From contig CBDCTJ010000001.1 in assembly GCA_965222115.1 (NCBI GenBank), positions 416,001 through 480,000 of the forward strand: DNA of 64,000 bases, read 5' to 3'. Shown one piece after another: positions 47,146-57,415 of the stretch (its first letter is position 1; every line of letters starts with the position of its first letter). Under the pieces are notes generated by a model that saw only the letters and a list, made by a program, of their open reading frames with translations, did not search any database and had not been told where the DNA came from. The position numbers and the translations under genes are program-made. This DNA comes from Planctomycetota bacterium (GTDB taxonomy: Bacteria > Planctomycetota > PLA2 > JAEUHO01).

Positions 47146-49941
47146 CTACCCACCGCAACTGGCGCCGCAACTCGCTTCGTCGTCCGGCAACTTACGAACG
47201 TCCTCGCCCTTAAGTCGCGCTCGCTCTACTTGCAACTCGGAGAGCTTCTTTGCCAACTCGATGCGCTCTGACTGATTCTTCGCATTGGATAACGCGCTGT
47301 AGATCTCCTTGAGCTTCGCATCGATCTCTTGGATTCGCGTTGTGTCTGCTTCAGAAAACGGCGCCATACGAACCTCGGCGCTGCCCTGGCCACCCCGCGC
47401 ATCGATGCTGAGTCCTCGCATACCCTTATGCGTTGCCGATATCGAGAGTTCGATATCTGGGATGCCAACGAACGTGGCCGTGCCCTCATGACTTACGACT
47501 TGTGTGCTCTCGATATGCCATGAGTCTTCGCTCGCTCGAGGGTCCTTGGCGCCGAGCGTCACTTTGGCGCCAGAAATGGGTTCGCCATGCTCGCCTACAA
47601 CGCGAACGCGAAGCTCGTGTGCGTCTCGAAGCTGGAGGTTGAGCTGTGGTCGGGTCGAGCTCTTTTCGATCTGGTCGTCATCGTCCTCCAACTCGAGCGA
47701 CGCGCGGCTCACGGCGAATCCGGCGAGGCTCACCGTTGCGGTTAGTTTGCCCGTGGGCACGTTGTGCACCACGGCTGTACCGTCGGCGCGCGAAACGATC
47801 TCGGCGAAGTGGCCGTCGCCAAAGTAAGAAAACGCATCCCATTGAACTTCGTCATCAGCGACTACGTTCACTTTGATGGTTGCACCACTCGCGGCCTCTC
47901 CATCCGGCGTCTTCACAGAAATGACAACTTGGTGCCCACGACTCATCACCAAGTCTGGTGTCCGGACACCGGCGCCTTGTTTCAATGCGAAGAGTTCGGT
48001 CTTGGCATCTACGAATCCCTGGCAGCGCGCAATCACGCGTACGTTCGCCCCGGCGGCGCCCGCCTCCAACAAGTAGTCTCCGTGACTGTTGGTGATGCTT
48101 GTGGACGTCCCCATTAACATACTGACGTAACCGTACGTACTGTCCGAGGACGAAACGCGCACTTGAACGCCGCGCAGGGGCTTGCCTTCAGGTCCAACGA
48201 CGCGCCCTCGAATAACCGAGGCCGGCAATAAAACGATGTCACTCTCAATATCCTCATGTGAGTCTTGCCCACCGATTGGGGCCCCAAACGTGCTTGCCTT
48301 AGGATCCGCGACGAAGCCAGGAGCCGATGCCAAGATTCCGATGACGGGCGGACTCAAGCCCTTGAAGACATACGCTCCTTGCGCATTGCTAGTCACAGTC
48401 GAAGCGCCCATTCGGCTCATAACAACGACCTTTGCGCCCGCGATGGGGTTTCCATCTGCATCCGATACGCACCCCGACACAGAAATGCCTCTACGAACGA
48501 AAAACTCGAGCGTTGTCTCTGGGCGCTTGAACGTGACGTCCTTGGGACCCGAAAGCATCGTGTACTTCTTTGCCCCATCAATCTGTACCAGCGCGGGGTT
48601 CATCGCGGGGGAAAACGTAGCGCGCCCATAGTCGGGGTGGCTCACAAGCAACATGTTTAGCGTACCCGGTCTAGATACGTACTGAGCTTCACCTTGCGCA
48701 TCCGTAACAACATTGCCAAAGGCATAGTCGCCACGACCCATGCCATTCCCCTCGGCACTCACAACGGAAACGAAAGCGTTCGAAATCGGGTCTTTGGAGT
48801 GTGCATCAAGAATTCGCAGCGTGACGCGCACGCCACCCTTTAGTACGAACTCCCGCGACGCCTTCCAGGTCTTCGCCTCAAAGAACGTTGTCGGATACTC
48901 GGGCGACTTGGCAATCAATACGAGATCATCTGCGGCAGGCGGCGATTCGATGACAAACGACCCGTCCGAGCGAGTATCGGCAAAGCGACGCCCGGAATAG
49001 ATCGACACTGGGTTATTGCTGTCGAAACACGCAACACGCCCGCGTGAAATTCCACGACCCTCTCCGTCTACAAGCCGACCACGAAGGGCCTTCTGCGTCG
49101 CCAATTGAATACGTACCCTGCCTCCAGCAGCGCCATGAGATGTGAGTACAACGTCTTTGCTACTGAGCCGATAGCCAGCGCGACGCGTAACCAACGTATA
49201 CGGTCCCGGGCTTAGCCCCTCGATTCGAAATCGTCCTTTCGCATCGGTCGTGGCCTGCTTGAGCGCAACGGAATCTTTGTCCAGATTTCGAATGAGATCT
49301 GTCATCTGAAGCGCCAGAGCAACCATCGAGCCCTTGCCTCGACGTACGTCAATGGTGGCGTGCTCGATTGGCTCACCCGCGCCGTCCACAACGACGCCCT
49401 CAAGCACGCCCTTTTCACCGAGCCAAAGCGTTCCAACATCGGTATGGCCATTGGCCTCGACCGATACACCGGGCGCCTGTGCATCGAGCCCTTCGGTTGA
49501 CGCCACCGTGAGTAGGTAGTTCTTGCCTGAAGGCACGTCGGCGAACGAGAACGTGCCATCCTTCGAACTCACTGTCGATTGCTCGACTGTCTCATTGCCG
49601 TAGCCAGTGCCTCGAAGACTCACCGCCGCTCTCGCCACGCCGTCAGATGTTCCGAACCGCATCAAACGCCCCGTCACAGTTCCCTTCCCAACTCGATCTT
49701 CACGCGCGAGCCCAAACAACACGGGCCCACTACTCGTGGCGTCGTCAACAGCAGCGTCGCGTTCATCCGACTCTTCATCACTAAGCGCTTCGTTGTCTCC
49801 AGTCTCCTCCGATGCACTCCCCCACCAACCCATTTCCCGCGGGATGTCCGTGATCCATAGCAGTCCACCGATGGCAAAAACCGCTAGCAGAATCCAAAGT
49901 ACCTTGTGCACAACGCGCCTCCCGTTCAATCCGTCCAGCAT
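47146..49941 (-). CDS. Carboxypeptidase-regulatory-like repeat surface protein, copy 1 (ends ASCGASCGG)
   Basis: N-terminal TM, repeated G.V.D..G.PI.GA / TDA.G.F units, C-terminal helical hairpin. Confidence 0.85.
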   Translation of the reverse strand: MLDGLNGRRVVHKVLWILLAVFAIGGLLWITDIPREMGWWGSASEETGDNEALSDEESDERDAAVDDATSSGPVLFGLAREDRVGKGTVTGRLMRFGTSDGVARAAVSLRGTGYGNETVEQSTVSSKDGTFSFADVPSGKNYLLTVASTEGLDAQAPGVSVEANGHTDVGTLWLGEKGVLEGVVVDGAGEPIEHATIDVRRGKGSMVALALQMTDLIRNLDKDSVALKQATTDAKGRFRIEGLSPGPYTLVTRRAGYRLSSKDVVLTSHGAAGGRVRIQLATQKALRGRLVDGEGRGISRGRVACFDSNNPVSIYSGRRFADTRSDGSFVIESPPAADDLVLIAKSPEYPTTFFEAKTWKASREFVLKGGVRVTLRILDAHSKDPISNAFVSVVSAEGNGMGRGDYAFGNVVTDAQGEAQYVSRPGTLNMLLVSHPDYGRATFSPAMNPALVQIDGAKKYTMLSGPKDVTFKRPETTLEFFVRRGISVSGCVSDADGNPIAGAKVVVMSRMGASTVTSNAQGAYVFKGLSPPVIGILASAPGFVADPKASTFGAPIGGQDSHEDIESDIVLLPASVIRGRVVGPEGKPLRGVQVRVSSSDSTYGYVSMLMGTSTSITNSHGDYLLEAGAAGANVRVIARCQGFVDAKTELFALKQGAGVRTPDLVMSRGHQVVISVKTPDGEAASGATIKVNVVADDEVQWDAFSYFGDGHFAEIVSRADGTAVVHNVPTGKLTATVSLAGFAVSRASLELEDDDDQIEKSSTRPQLNLQLRDAHELRVRVVGEHGEPISGAKVTLGAKDPRASEDSWHIESTQVVSHEGTATFVGIPDIELSISATHKGMRGLSIDARGGQGSAEVRMAPFSEADTTRIQEIDAKLKEIYSALSNAKNQSERIELAKKLSELQVERARLKGEDVRKLPDDEASCGASCGG

Positions 49942-50057
49942 AGACTCGATTCAGCGCATGGCTCTTGGATAGACATCTGACAACGCGTAAGGGTGTCGCT
50001 CTACTCTTCCTCACAACCGAACGCGGGTATCCTTGCAGGTAGAGGAGGACGCCGTTC

Positions 50058-51284
50058 ATGTTCGATCGTTTTACTGACAGGGCGCGCAGAGCGATGGGGG
50101 AGAGTCGGCGCGCTGCCCAACAGCTAGAGAACGACCACATAGGCACGGAGCACCTGTTATTGGGCGTGATCGAGGTATCGAATGGCGTTGCGGCTGCAGT
50201 ATTCAAGAATTTGAAAGTAGATACGGCAAAACTAAAGGAACGCGCCATCGCACTTGCCCCGGAGCCCAACGCAGAGATCGGCTTCGAGGGTCAACTCCCT
50301 TTCACGCCACGTGCCAAGAATGCACTCAACTACGCGTTGCATGAGGCCGTTGAATTGGGCCACACCTACCTTGGTACCGCACACTTGGTATTGGGACTCC
50401 TTCGCGAGAGCAAGGGCGCCGCGTATCAAGCGCTTTCCGAAACTGGAATCCACGTCGATCGTGCACGCCAGGAAGTACGTCAACTCCTAAGCTCGGAGGC
50501 GTCGATCGGGGTAGATGAAACTGCCCCGCATGCAGATGGCGACACGCAAGAGGCCCATGAGTCTCGATCCCATCACCATGAACTGCAACAGATTTTGCGA
50601 CAAGAACGAAGACTCACGGATTCGTTTGGTGATGGATTTCCGAAGGTGATTGCAGAGGCCCGAAAGGCCGCCCGGCGATTTCGACACGAGTATCTGTGCA
50701 CCGAGCATTTGCTACTGGGAATCGCAAAGTGCAAAAGTGCGGTTGGCCGTGACATTCTCAAGCATTGCGGAATCGCGGCGCGGGACGTATCGAAGCATCT
50801 GCGGCACATCGAGCTTCAACCGCCGGACAAACTCGGGATCGACGAGATCGAGTTTAGCGCAGACGACCCCATCGGCTATACCGTCCGCGCAGCAAACGCG
50901 TGCCGGTTCGCGCATGAAGAAGCCGAGAATTGGAGTCTTGCTGACCCGAGCACAGCACATCTCTTGTTGGGCCTCATCATCGATAGGCGATCCAGCGCCG
51001 CGAAGGCCTTGAATGACTTGGGCATGCCCGTAGGTGACATTCGAAGGGAGATTGCTGCCACGCTGTATGGTCATTCCACACCTAGCGCCGACGAAACAAG
51101 TGCCACAGATAGCAAGGAAAAGCTAAAAGCCATGGAAGACCGACTTGCGAGCATGCTTGGCGCACTTGAAGTGCGCATCCTCACGCTCGAAGACCAACTT
51201 CGCTCGCACGGCAAGGAAATTGCGGATCTTCGGAAGCAACTGCGCAAACACGACGAAGATAATGCGCCGACAACTGACGAATGA
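50058..51284 (+). CDS. Clp N-terminal-domain-only protein (two double Clp-N units plus coiled coil, no AAA+)
   Basis: GAGGAGG RBS; MFDRFTDRARR, IGTEHLLLG, LPFTPRAK, LCTEHLLLG, STAHLLLG; no Walker motifs. Confidence 0.9.
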   Translation: MFDRFTDRARRAMGESRRAAQQLENDHIGTEHLLLGVIEVSNGVAAAVFKNLKVDTAKLKERAIALAPEPNAEIGFEGQLPFTPRAKNALNYALHEAVELGHTYLGTAHLVLGLLRESKGAAYQALSETGIHVDRARQEVRQLLSSEASIGVDETAPHADGDTQEAHESRSHHHELQQILRQERRLTDSFGDGFPKVIAEARKAARRFRHEYLCTEHLLLGIAKCKSAVGRDILKHCGIAARDVSKHLRHIELQPPDKLGIDEIEFSADDPIGYTVRAANACRFAHEEAENWSLADPSTAHLLLGLIIDRRSSAAKALNDLGMPVGDIRREIAATLYGHSTPSADETSATDSKEKLKAMEDRLASMLGALEVRILTLEDQLRSHGKEIADLRKQLRKHDEDNAPTTDE

Positions 51285-51304
51285 ACGGCACGTGACGCGA
51301 GTCG

Positions 51305-54076
51305 CTAACCGCCGCAGCTCGATTCCACTTCGTCAGAAAAATCGTGCCTCGGCACGCCCTCGAGTCGCGCTCTCTCGTCTTTCAATTCCACCATCCGCGT
51401 TGATAGTTTGCTTCGTTCTTCATTGGCCATTGCGCTGCCGTACGCTTCTTTGATCGTCTTGAGCTCGGCATCGATCGCCTTGATTCGGGCGGCGTCGATT
51501 GGAGATATGCGCGTCAATCGAATTTCAGCGCTTCCCTGACTGCCATGGGCGCGCATCTCTGCGGGTCGCATTCCCTCTCGCTCAGCCCAGACACCGATTG
51601 CAACCTGCGCGGTGTCAGCAAACGTTGCATTGCCTCCCTTGTCTGTGATCGCGCTACGTGACGAATACCGTCCCAGGATGACCAAATCGTCAGCAATTTC
51701 GTGGATGGATACACTTGCCCCCTTGACGGGATCTCCTTGTTCATCGAGCACGCGAACGCAAAACTCGCGGACTTCACGTAACTTGAGTTTGAGCCGTTGT
51801 TGCGTCGTACTCGCCGAGTCTTCGGCCGAGCCTTCTTCTAGTTTGAGCGATGCGCGACCTGACGCAAATCCCGGTAGACTGGCTATTGCCGTGATCGTAC
51901 CTGCGGGCAAGTTGCTTACTACCGCGGTTCCATCACCTCCCGAGAGTCGATCGGCAGTGGTTTCGCTGTACCCTGAGATGTGATCCCATCCCACGTCGTC
52001 CTCAGCGCTGACGTCAACTTCAATCGCCGCGCCCCTCGCGGGTTCACCGGAAGGTGTCTCGACATAGAGAGTGATTTCCCGGCCCCGACGCATCGCCAAC
52101 GTGGGTGCCTTCACGTCGGCACCCGGTGTCATCTTAAACGTCTCGGTTCGCGCATCTAAGAATCCTTGGCAGCGAGCAATCACGTGCCCCTCCATCCCCT
52201 CGGCGCCGCCCTCAATCGTGTAGTCGCCCTGGCTATTCGTAATGCTTGACGGGCCGCCGGTAAGCACATCCACATAGATGGACATATCAAACGACAGGTT
52301 CATACGCACGTGAACGCCGCCAAGTGGCTTGCCACCGGGTCCCACGACCCGACCCTGTATGACTGCTGACGGAACCAACACGATATCGTACTCGCTGCTT
52401 TCGGAACCGATTGGCTCGCCAGTGCCGGATCGCCGCGGAGCCTTGAAGCTCGAAACATAGCCAGGCGCCGAGGCCGTGAGCATTGCGCCAGACGGATTCA
52501 GTCCCTTCAATTCGTACTCGCCACGCTCATTACTCAATGCACTCGATATGCGTTGCCACATATCACCAAACGCAGCGACCTTTGCGCCAGCAAGAGGATT
52601 GCCGTCGGGATCTACGACTCGACCTGATAGCGCGATACCGGGACGAACATGAAACTCAAGCGTCGTTTCCGGCCCCTTAAGGGTCATGTCTTTGGGACCT
52701 GTGAACATCGCGTTGCCAGCTTCCGCGACTTGGCTCACGTTCTTGGAGAACTGGCCACGTCCGTAATGAGGGTGACTCACAAAGAGCATGCCCAGCTCAC
52801 CTGGCTCGGCCAAGAACTCGGCTTCGCCTCGCGCGTCGGTGATGGCACTACCAATGACCACATTCCCCTCCTTCGTGCCCGCGCTGCTACCGCACATGGC
52901 GGAAAGCACGGCGCCTTGCACCGGTACCCCGGTGTCCCATTCCAACAGACGCAACGTCACGCGCACGCCCCCTTCGAGTACAAACTCACGAGTCCCCTCC
53001 CACGTATCGACACCAAGGAGAGCCGTAGGGCGTCCGGGAGCGGTAGCAATGAGGCTCAGGTTCTCCGCAGCGGGCGGCGACTCGATAACGAACGTTCCAT
53101 CGTTTTTCGTATGCGCGAAGCGACGACCGAAAAATAGCGAATGCATGTTCTTGCTCTCGAAGCACGCCACACGACCCCATGCAATACCGCGCCCCATCTC
53201 GTCCACAAGACGACCACGCAGGGGCACTTGCGCAGTCAGTCTAACGTGAACAGTTCCCCCGGCGGCGCCACCGGACATGAGTACGATGTCTTTGAAGTGA
53301 ATTCGATAGCCTTCGCAGCGCGTTTGCAAAATCAATGGACCCGGATTGAGTCCTTCAACGCGGAAACGGCCCATGCGATCTGTGATTGTATGTTTCAGTG
53401 CGACTGTGTCCCTGTCCAATGTGGAAACCAACTCGGACATCTGTGACGACATGGCAAGAACCGAACGGCCGCCTCGAAGCACTTCAACAGTCGCGCCCTC
53501 AATCGGGCGGTCAGCTCCATCTACGACGACGCCCTCTAGTATGCCCTTCTTACCAAGCCAGAGCGTTCCAACTTCAGTCGTCTGGTTTGCTTCTACCGAA
53601 ACACCGGACGCTTGTGCGTCTAATCCTTCGGTAGACGCCACACTGAGTAGGTAATTCTCGCCTGCGGGTACGTTAGAGAACAAGAACGTGCCATCCTTCA
53701 AACTCATCGTCGATTGTTCGACAGCCTCTTTGCCATAGCCCATGCCTCGAAGACTCACCGCCGCTCTCGCCACGCCGTCAGATGTTCCGAAACGCATCAG
53801 ACGCCCCGTCACAGTTCCCTTCCCAACTCGTTCTTCACGCGCGAGCCCAAACAACACGGGCCCACTACTCGTGGCGTCGTCAACCGCGCCATCACTGACG
53901 CGGGACTTTTCATGAAGAAGCGCGTCATTCTCTTGCCCGTTCTCGGACGAGCTTCCCCACCATCCCATCTGTCGGGGAATTTCAGTCAGCGATAGCAACG
54001 CGACAATGGCTAGAACCGCGAGTAGAACCCAAAGCAACCTGTGCACGACGCGCCTCCCGTTCAACCGGCACAGCAT
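51305..54076 (-). CDS. Carboxypeptidase-regulatory-like repeat surface protein, copy 2 (ends ESSCGG)
   Basis: Colinear paralog of 47146-49941. Confidence 0.85.
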   Translation of the reverse strand: MLCRLNGRRVVHRLLWVLLAVLAIVALLSLTEIPRQMGWWGSSSENGQENDALLHEKSRVSDGAVDDATSSGPVLFGLAREERVGKGTVTGRLMRFGTSDGVARAAVSLRGMGYGKEAVEQSTMSLKDGTFLFSNVPAGENYLLSVASTEGLDAQASGVSVEANQTTEVGTLWLGKKGILEGVVVDGADRPIEGATVEVLRGGRSVLAMSSQMSELVSTLDRDTVALKHTITDRMGRFRVEGLNPGPLILQTRCEGYRIHFKDIVLMSGGAAGGTVHVRLTAQVPLRGRLVDEMGRGIAWGRVACFESKNMHSLFFGRRFAHTKNDGTFVIESPPAAENLSLIATAPGRPTALLGVDTWEGTREFVLEGGVRVTLRLLEWDTGVPVQGAVLSAMCGSSAGTKEGNVVIGSAITDARGEAEFLAEPGELGMLFVSHPHYGRGQFSKNVSQVAEAGNAMFTGPKDMTLKGPETTLEFHVRPGIALSGRVVDPDGNPLAGAKVAAFGDMWQRISSALSNERGEYELKGLNPSGAMLTASAPGYVSSFKAPRRSGTGEPIGSESSEYDIVLVPSAVIQGRVVGPGGKPLGGVHVRMNLSFDMSIYVDVLTGGPSSITNSQGDYTIEGGAEGMEGHVIARCQGFLDARTETFKMTPGADVKAPTLAMRRGREITLYVETPSGEPARGAAIEVDVSAEDDVGWDHISGYSETTADRLSGGDGTAVVSNLPAGTITAIASLPGFASGRASLKLEEGSAEDSASTTQQRLKLKLREVREFCVRVLDEQGDPVKGASVSIHEIADDLVILGRYSSRSAITDKGGNATFADTAQVAIGVWAEREGMRPAEMRAHGSQGSAEIRLTRISPIDAARIKAIDAELKTIKEAYGSAMANEERSKLSTRMVELKDERARLEGVPRHDFSDEVESSCGG

Positions 54077-54200
54077 AGACTTATCTCAGAGCGTTTGCTC
54101 GGGGAACGCCAACCCTTCGTGCGTGGGCGCAATAATCAAGCCATCAGACGCATCCCCCAACGAGTACGGGTACGCTCGCCGCAGAAAGGACCTACCGATC

Positions 54201-54662
54201 ATGTTCGACAGCTTCACAGACAGGGCGCGCAAGACGATGGGCGAAGGCAGACTCGCCGCACTGAAGATGGGTCACGACTTCATTGACACCGAGCACATAC
54301 TGCTGGGCCTCCTCGCAACGGAGGGATGCGTCGGTATCGCCATGCTGGAGACACTGAGAGTAGACACATCGAAATTGGAAGAACGCGTGAAAGCGCTCGT
54401 CTCGCCGACTGGCGCATGTCCTGATTCCAGGTCACAACTTCCGTTCGTTTCGGACGCAAAGAGCGCGCTTGAGTATGCACTCCAGGAAGCGTCCGGCATG
54501 GGGCACAACTACATTGGAACGGAACATCTCTTGCTTGGCATGCTACGAGCAGAGGATGGAATCGCCTACAAGGCGCTGAACGCCATGGGAATCAATGCAA
54601 CCGATGTGCGAACGGAAGTGATTGAGCTTGTGGGCTTTGGGCCGGACACAGACTCGGACTGA
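54201..54662 (+). CDS. Clp N-terminal-domain-only protein, short copy (153 aa)
   Basis: AAGGA RBS; MFDSFTDRARK, IDTEHILLG, HNYIGTEHLLLG. Confidence 0.88.
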   Translation: MFDSFTDRARKTMGEGRLAALKMGHDFIDTEHILLGLLATEGCVGIAMLETLRVDTSKLEERVKALVSPTGACPDSRSQLPFVSDAKSALEYALQEASGMGHNYIGTEHLLLGMLRAEDGIAYKALNAMGINATDVRTEVIELVGFGPDTDSD

Positions 54663-54770
54663 CAAAGCAGCGTGCGAGTACCGTGGGTGACGAGCATTAT
54701 TGGAGTATGCGCACGCAAGAAGGCGAGGCGTGCCATTGCGGTCATCAGGGGCATCTGTGGGGGCGGGGGT

Positions 54771-54803
54771 GACCAGGTGGCACGCTCTGAGGGTGGCAGA
54801 TCA
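54771..54803. mobile_element. Solo IS3 terminal inverted repeat remnant
   Basis: GACCAGGTGGCACGCTCTGAGGGTGGCAGATCA matches the IS end at 63251-63283 at 30/33 positions. Confidence 0.8.
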
Positions 54804-54960
54804 CTGGAAATAGGGGTTGATATTGGCCTTTCCTGATCGTCGCCGAGAGGCGGCAGAAAGGGAGACGATGTCAACGCTAAAAAAAGCCCGGTCGCGAGGC
54901 ATCGGAACGTGGGCGCAAGGGCGAGTCAATTGGAGCGGATTCGGGGCGAATCACCGAGAG

Positions 54961-56370
54961 CTAGTCGTCCGTAACTATCAGCGGCATAGTGCCAGCCTTG
55001 GAGCCCGGATTGCTGAGTCGCAAACTCACCGTGCCACCCAACGAATTCGGGTCTGCAAACGGACCGAAATCAATGGTTACTTCTGAATCGGATATCCAAG
55101 TCAAGGTTCCGGTCGGCAAGGTGTCCGTGCCGCGTACAAGCTGAAACGAAATCGCAGGTGTAAAGTGCTTTCCCTTGATCGTCACGATCGTGTTGGTTGT
55201 ATTGCTAACGTGCCTCGGCGTATAGCTCTCGATTGTGGGACTCGGTGAGGGTGAAACGACGTAGTTCATTCCGACTTCTGTAGGTGAGACAATCAGGCCA
55301 ATTTGCTCACCCGCAACCAAGGAACGAGAAAGTGCAATGCTCTGCATTCGACTCGTAATTTGGGACGAAGCCAACTGCTCTCCGATCACAAGATTCGGTG
55401 AACTCCCCGTAACGACGCTAACAGTAGCCGTGGTGCCAATGGCTTGATCGACGATCACCGCATTGGAGCCCCCATACACGCTCTTCTCTTCAAGATAGGG
55501 CACCGGCGTTCCAGCCCAGTTCCCCTTCGTTTCAAACACACCATCTCCATCCACGTCGAAGAAAGCTGAGTGCCCTTCGATCTGTCGTGAGTCTGGACCG
55601 TACACTCCGCTGCTTGCGGACCTCATTGCCAGAATTCCAGCTTGAGACGAGTCGCGAAGAAAGTGAATACCAACTATCGAAATCTCACCCGTAACCAGAT
55701 CACCACAGAAGTCGGGATACGAGATTGCTGGCGATGTGGCGAGTGTATCGGGTACGCCATCTGAGTCACTGTCGTCAACTCGCAAGACCTCAAAGTTGTG
55801 AACGTCAGATACGTACAAACGACCCAAATCGACGTCAAACGTCACGCCCATGTAACGAGTATTCGATTGAGTGCTGACGATTGTTTGAACGGTACTTGGA
55901 TCAAAATCCTCGCCATTTAGATTGCCCCAGACGCAAACCACCTTGCTCTCATTGGACACTGAATTCCAAGCGGAAATGAATGTCACGACGCCGCTGTGTA
56001 CAGTCGGGTTTGGCCCAGCGCCCAAGGACGACAAATATGCCGCGGTTACGACGAACGGAGATACGTCTAGCGTTCGGACCTCGCCCGTGCGGCCCCTCCA
56101 AGTCAAGCTCGAATTGTCTCCCCCGGTCGTATACCTAAAGCTAGCATCACCGTACAAATCCGAGCACGGAGTTGTGTCCAACCATAGAGCGTTATTCGCC
56201 GTATCAAGAAATTGACCATGAGGATCTGTTTCAGATTGATACTTGTTCCAGTAGCTAACTGCGGTGGCCTCAGACGTATCTGGGCTCGATTTAACAATGG
56301 AGTCTGAAACCCCGCATGCAAGCTGACACACAGCCGCGACGATCACTACTGCCGTTACTAAGTGCTTCAT
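54961..56370 (-). CDS. Lipoprotein with DxDxDG motifs and a C-terminal IPT/TIG-like domain
   Basis: Lipobox LAC-G; DSDSDGVPD and DVDGDG; PTI..P....T.VTIKG.HF; AT-richer codon usage. Confidence 0.75.
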   Translation of the reverse strand: MKHLVTAVVIVAAVCQLACGVSDSIVKSSPDTSEATAVSYWNKYQSETDPHGQFLDTANNALWLDTTPCSDLYGDASFRYTTGGDNSSLTWRGRTGEVRTLDVSPFVVTAAYLSSLGAGPNPTVHSGVVTFISAWNSVSNESKVVCVWGNLNGEDFDPSTVQTIVSTQSNTRYMGVTFDVDLGRLYVSDVHNFEVLRVDDSDSDGVPDTLATSPAISYPDFCGDLVTGEISIVGIHFLRDSSQAGILAMRSASSGVYGPDSRQIEGHSAFFDVDGDGVFETKGNWAGTPVPYLEEKSVYGGSNAVIVDQAIGTTATVSVVTGSSPNLVIGEQLASSQITSRMQSIALSRSLVAGEQIGLIVSPTEVGMNYVVSPSPSPTIESYTPRHVSNTTNTIVTIKGKHFTPAISFQLVRGTDTLPTGTLTWISDSEVTIDFGPFADPNSLGGTVSLRLSNPGSKAGTMPLIVTDD

Positions 56371-56419
56371 TGTGAAAGCTCTCCAATCCTTTTACTGGAA
56401 TCCGATACTAGGCCCCGAT

Positions 56420-57415
56420 CTAGTAGACTGGGCCGTGCGGGATGATGAACTGCAGATAGTCGTGAATAATCTGACACTTTGGATCCTTAGACGCTTGTAT
56501 GTCGCTAATATTCTTGCCAATTGTTGTCTGGAGCCATGCGTCCAGCCCTTGCCGGTCAGCAGTAGTTATGGCGTTAACATACCCAGAAGGAGTCCCACCG
56601 GAACCACCGAAAACCTTGTCGTAGCAAGTAAGGAACTGATTCTTTAGATCGACGGCTGTAATATAATACCAACCAATGTTCTCGAATACTGGGAACGGAT
56701 CACCTCCTTCTGATTCCACGTATTCTGCCTGCCTCTCGAATGCCTCTTGCTCAAGCGGTAAGCGGTCTATGAATGTGCATTGCGCTGCCATTCTCAAGGC
56801 ACACTTCGCCAGGGCGCAAGCCTCCCATGTGTCCCAGCTTTGTCCGTCCGTTGGCCTTGTCGCCGGTGGGGTTGTATTCTGGGATGGGGCAAGCGTGATA
56901 AGACCGGCTCGATCTTGATCTTCGTGAACTTTTTCATGGACTAGCGTCGACTTGAGTTTCCTCACTATTTCATCTTTTTGCATGCCCGTGATCGGTACGC
57001 CGCCAGGAGCAGTACAAGGGAAGCACTTAGGAGAAATCGCCAGACTCTTCGTGGATGGATCGTATGCCCCTCGTGCTCTCGAAGGGCGATAGCGATCGGT
57101 CATTATGCAGATCTGTGCCTGGCTTGCGCTTGGCGCAGCCAGCAGCTTGCATATCCATTTCTTGACATCCAATGGGAGGCAGTTCTTGAAATTCGTCGAA
57201 TTCAAGAATGTGCTTATGCAGTTGGCTTGAGCCTGGGACACTCCGCTACCAGCAGCACCAACATTCACTAGGCCACCACCAGAATTAGAGCCCCCTGCAT
57301 ACGATGCTCTCAACCCAATCGACGCAAAGAACAACAACAAAGTCGCCTGAGTACAAGTTCGAATCACGATCCTGCAACGACCCACTTTCGAACCGTCGTT
57401 CGCGTTCCTATACAT
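56420..57415 (-). CDS. Exported Cys-rich zincin-like (HExxH) protein
   Basis: GGAG RBS, signal-like N-terminus, GAYDP....I, TLVHEKVHEDQ..LEQEAF. Confidence 0.7.
   Translation of the reverse strand: MYRNANDGSKVGRCRIVIRTCTQATLLLFFASIGLRASYAGGSNSGGGLVNVGAAGSGVSQAQANCISTFLNSTNFKNCLPLDVKKWICKLLAAPSASQAQICIMTDRYRPSRARGAYDPSTKSLAISPKCFPCTAPGGVPITGMQKDEIVRKLKSTLVHEKVHEDQDRAGLITLAPSQNTTPPATRPTDGQSWDTWEACALAKCALRMAAQCTFIDRLPLEQEAFERQAEYVESEGGDPFPVFENIGWYYITAVDLKNQFLTCYDKVFGGSGGTPSGYVNAITTADRQGLDAWLQTTIGKNISDIQASKDPKCQIIHDYLQFIIPHGPVY

Noticed and set aside
54708-54803. MITE formed by the solo IR and an upstream GCGTGCCA match
   Set aside because: Only about 8 bp match and the terminal TGACCTG is absent; insufficient support.
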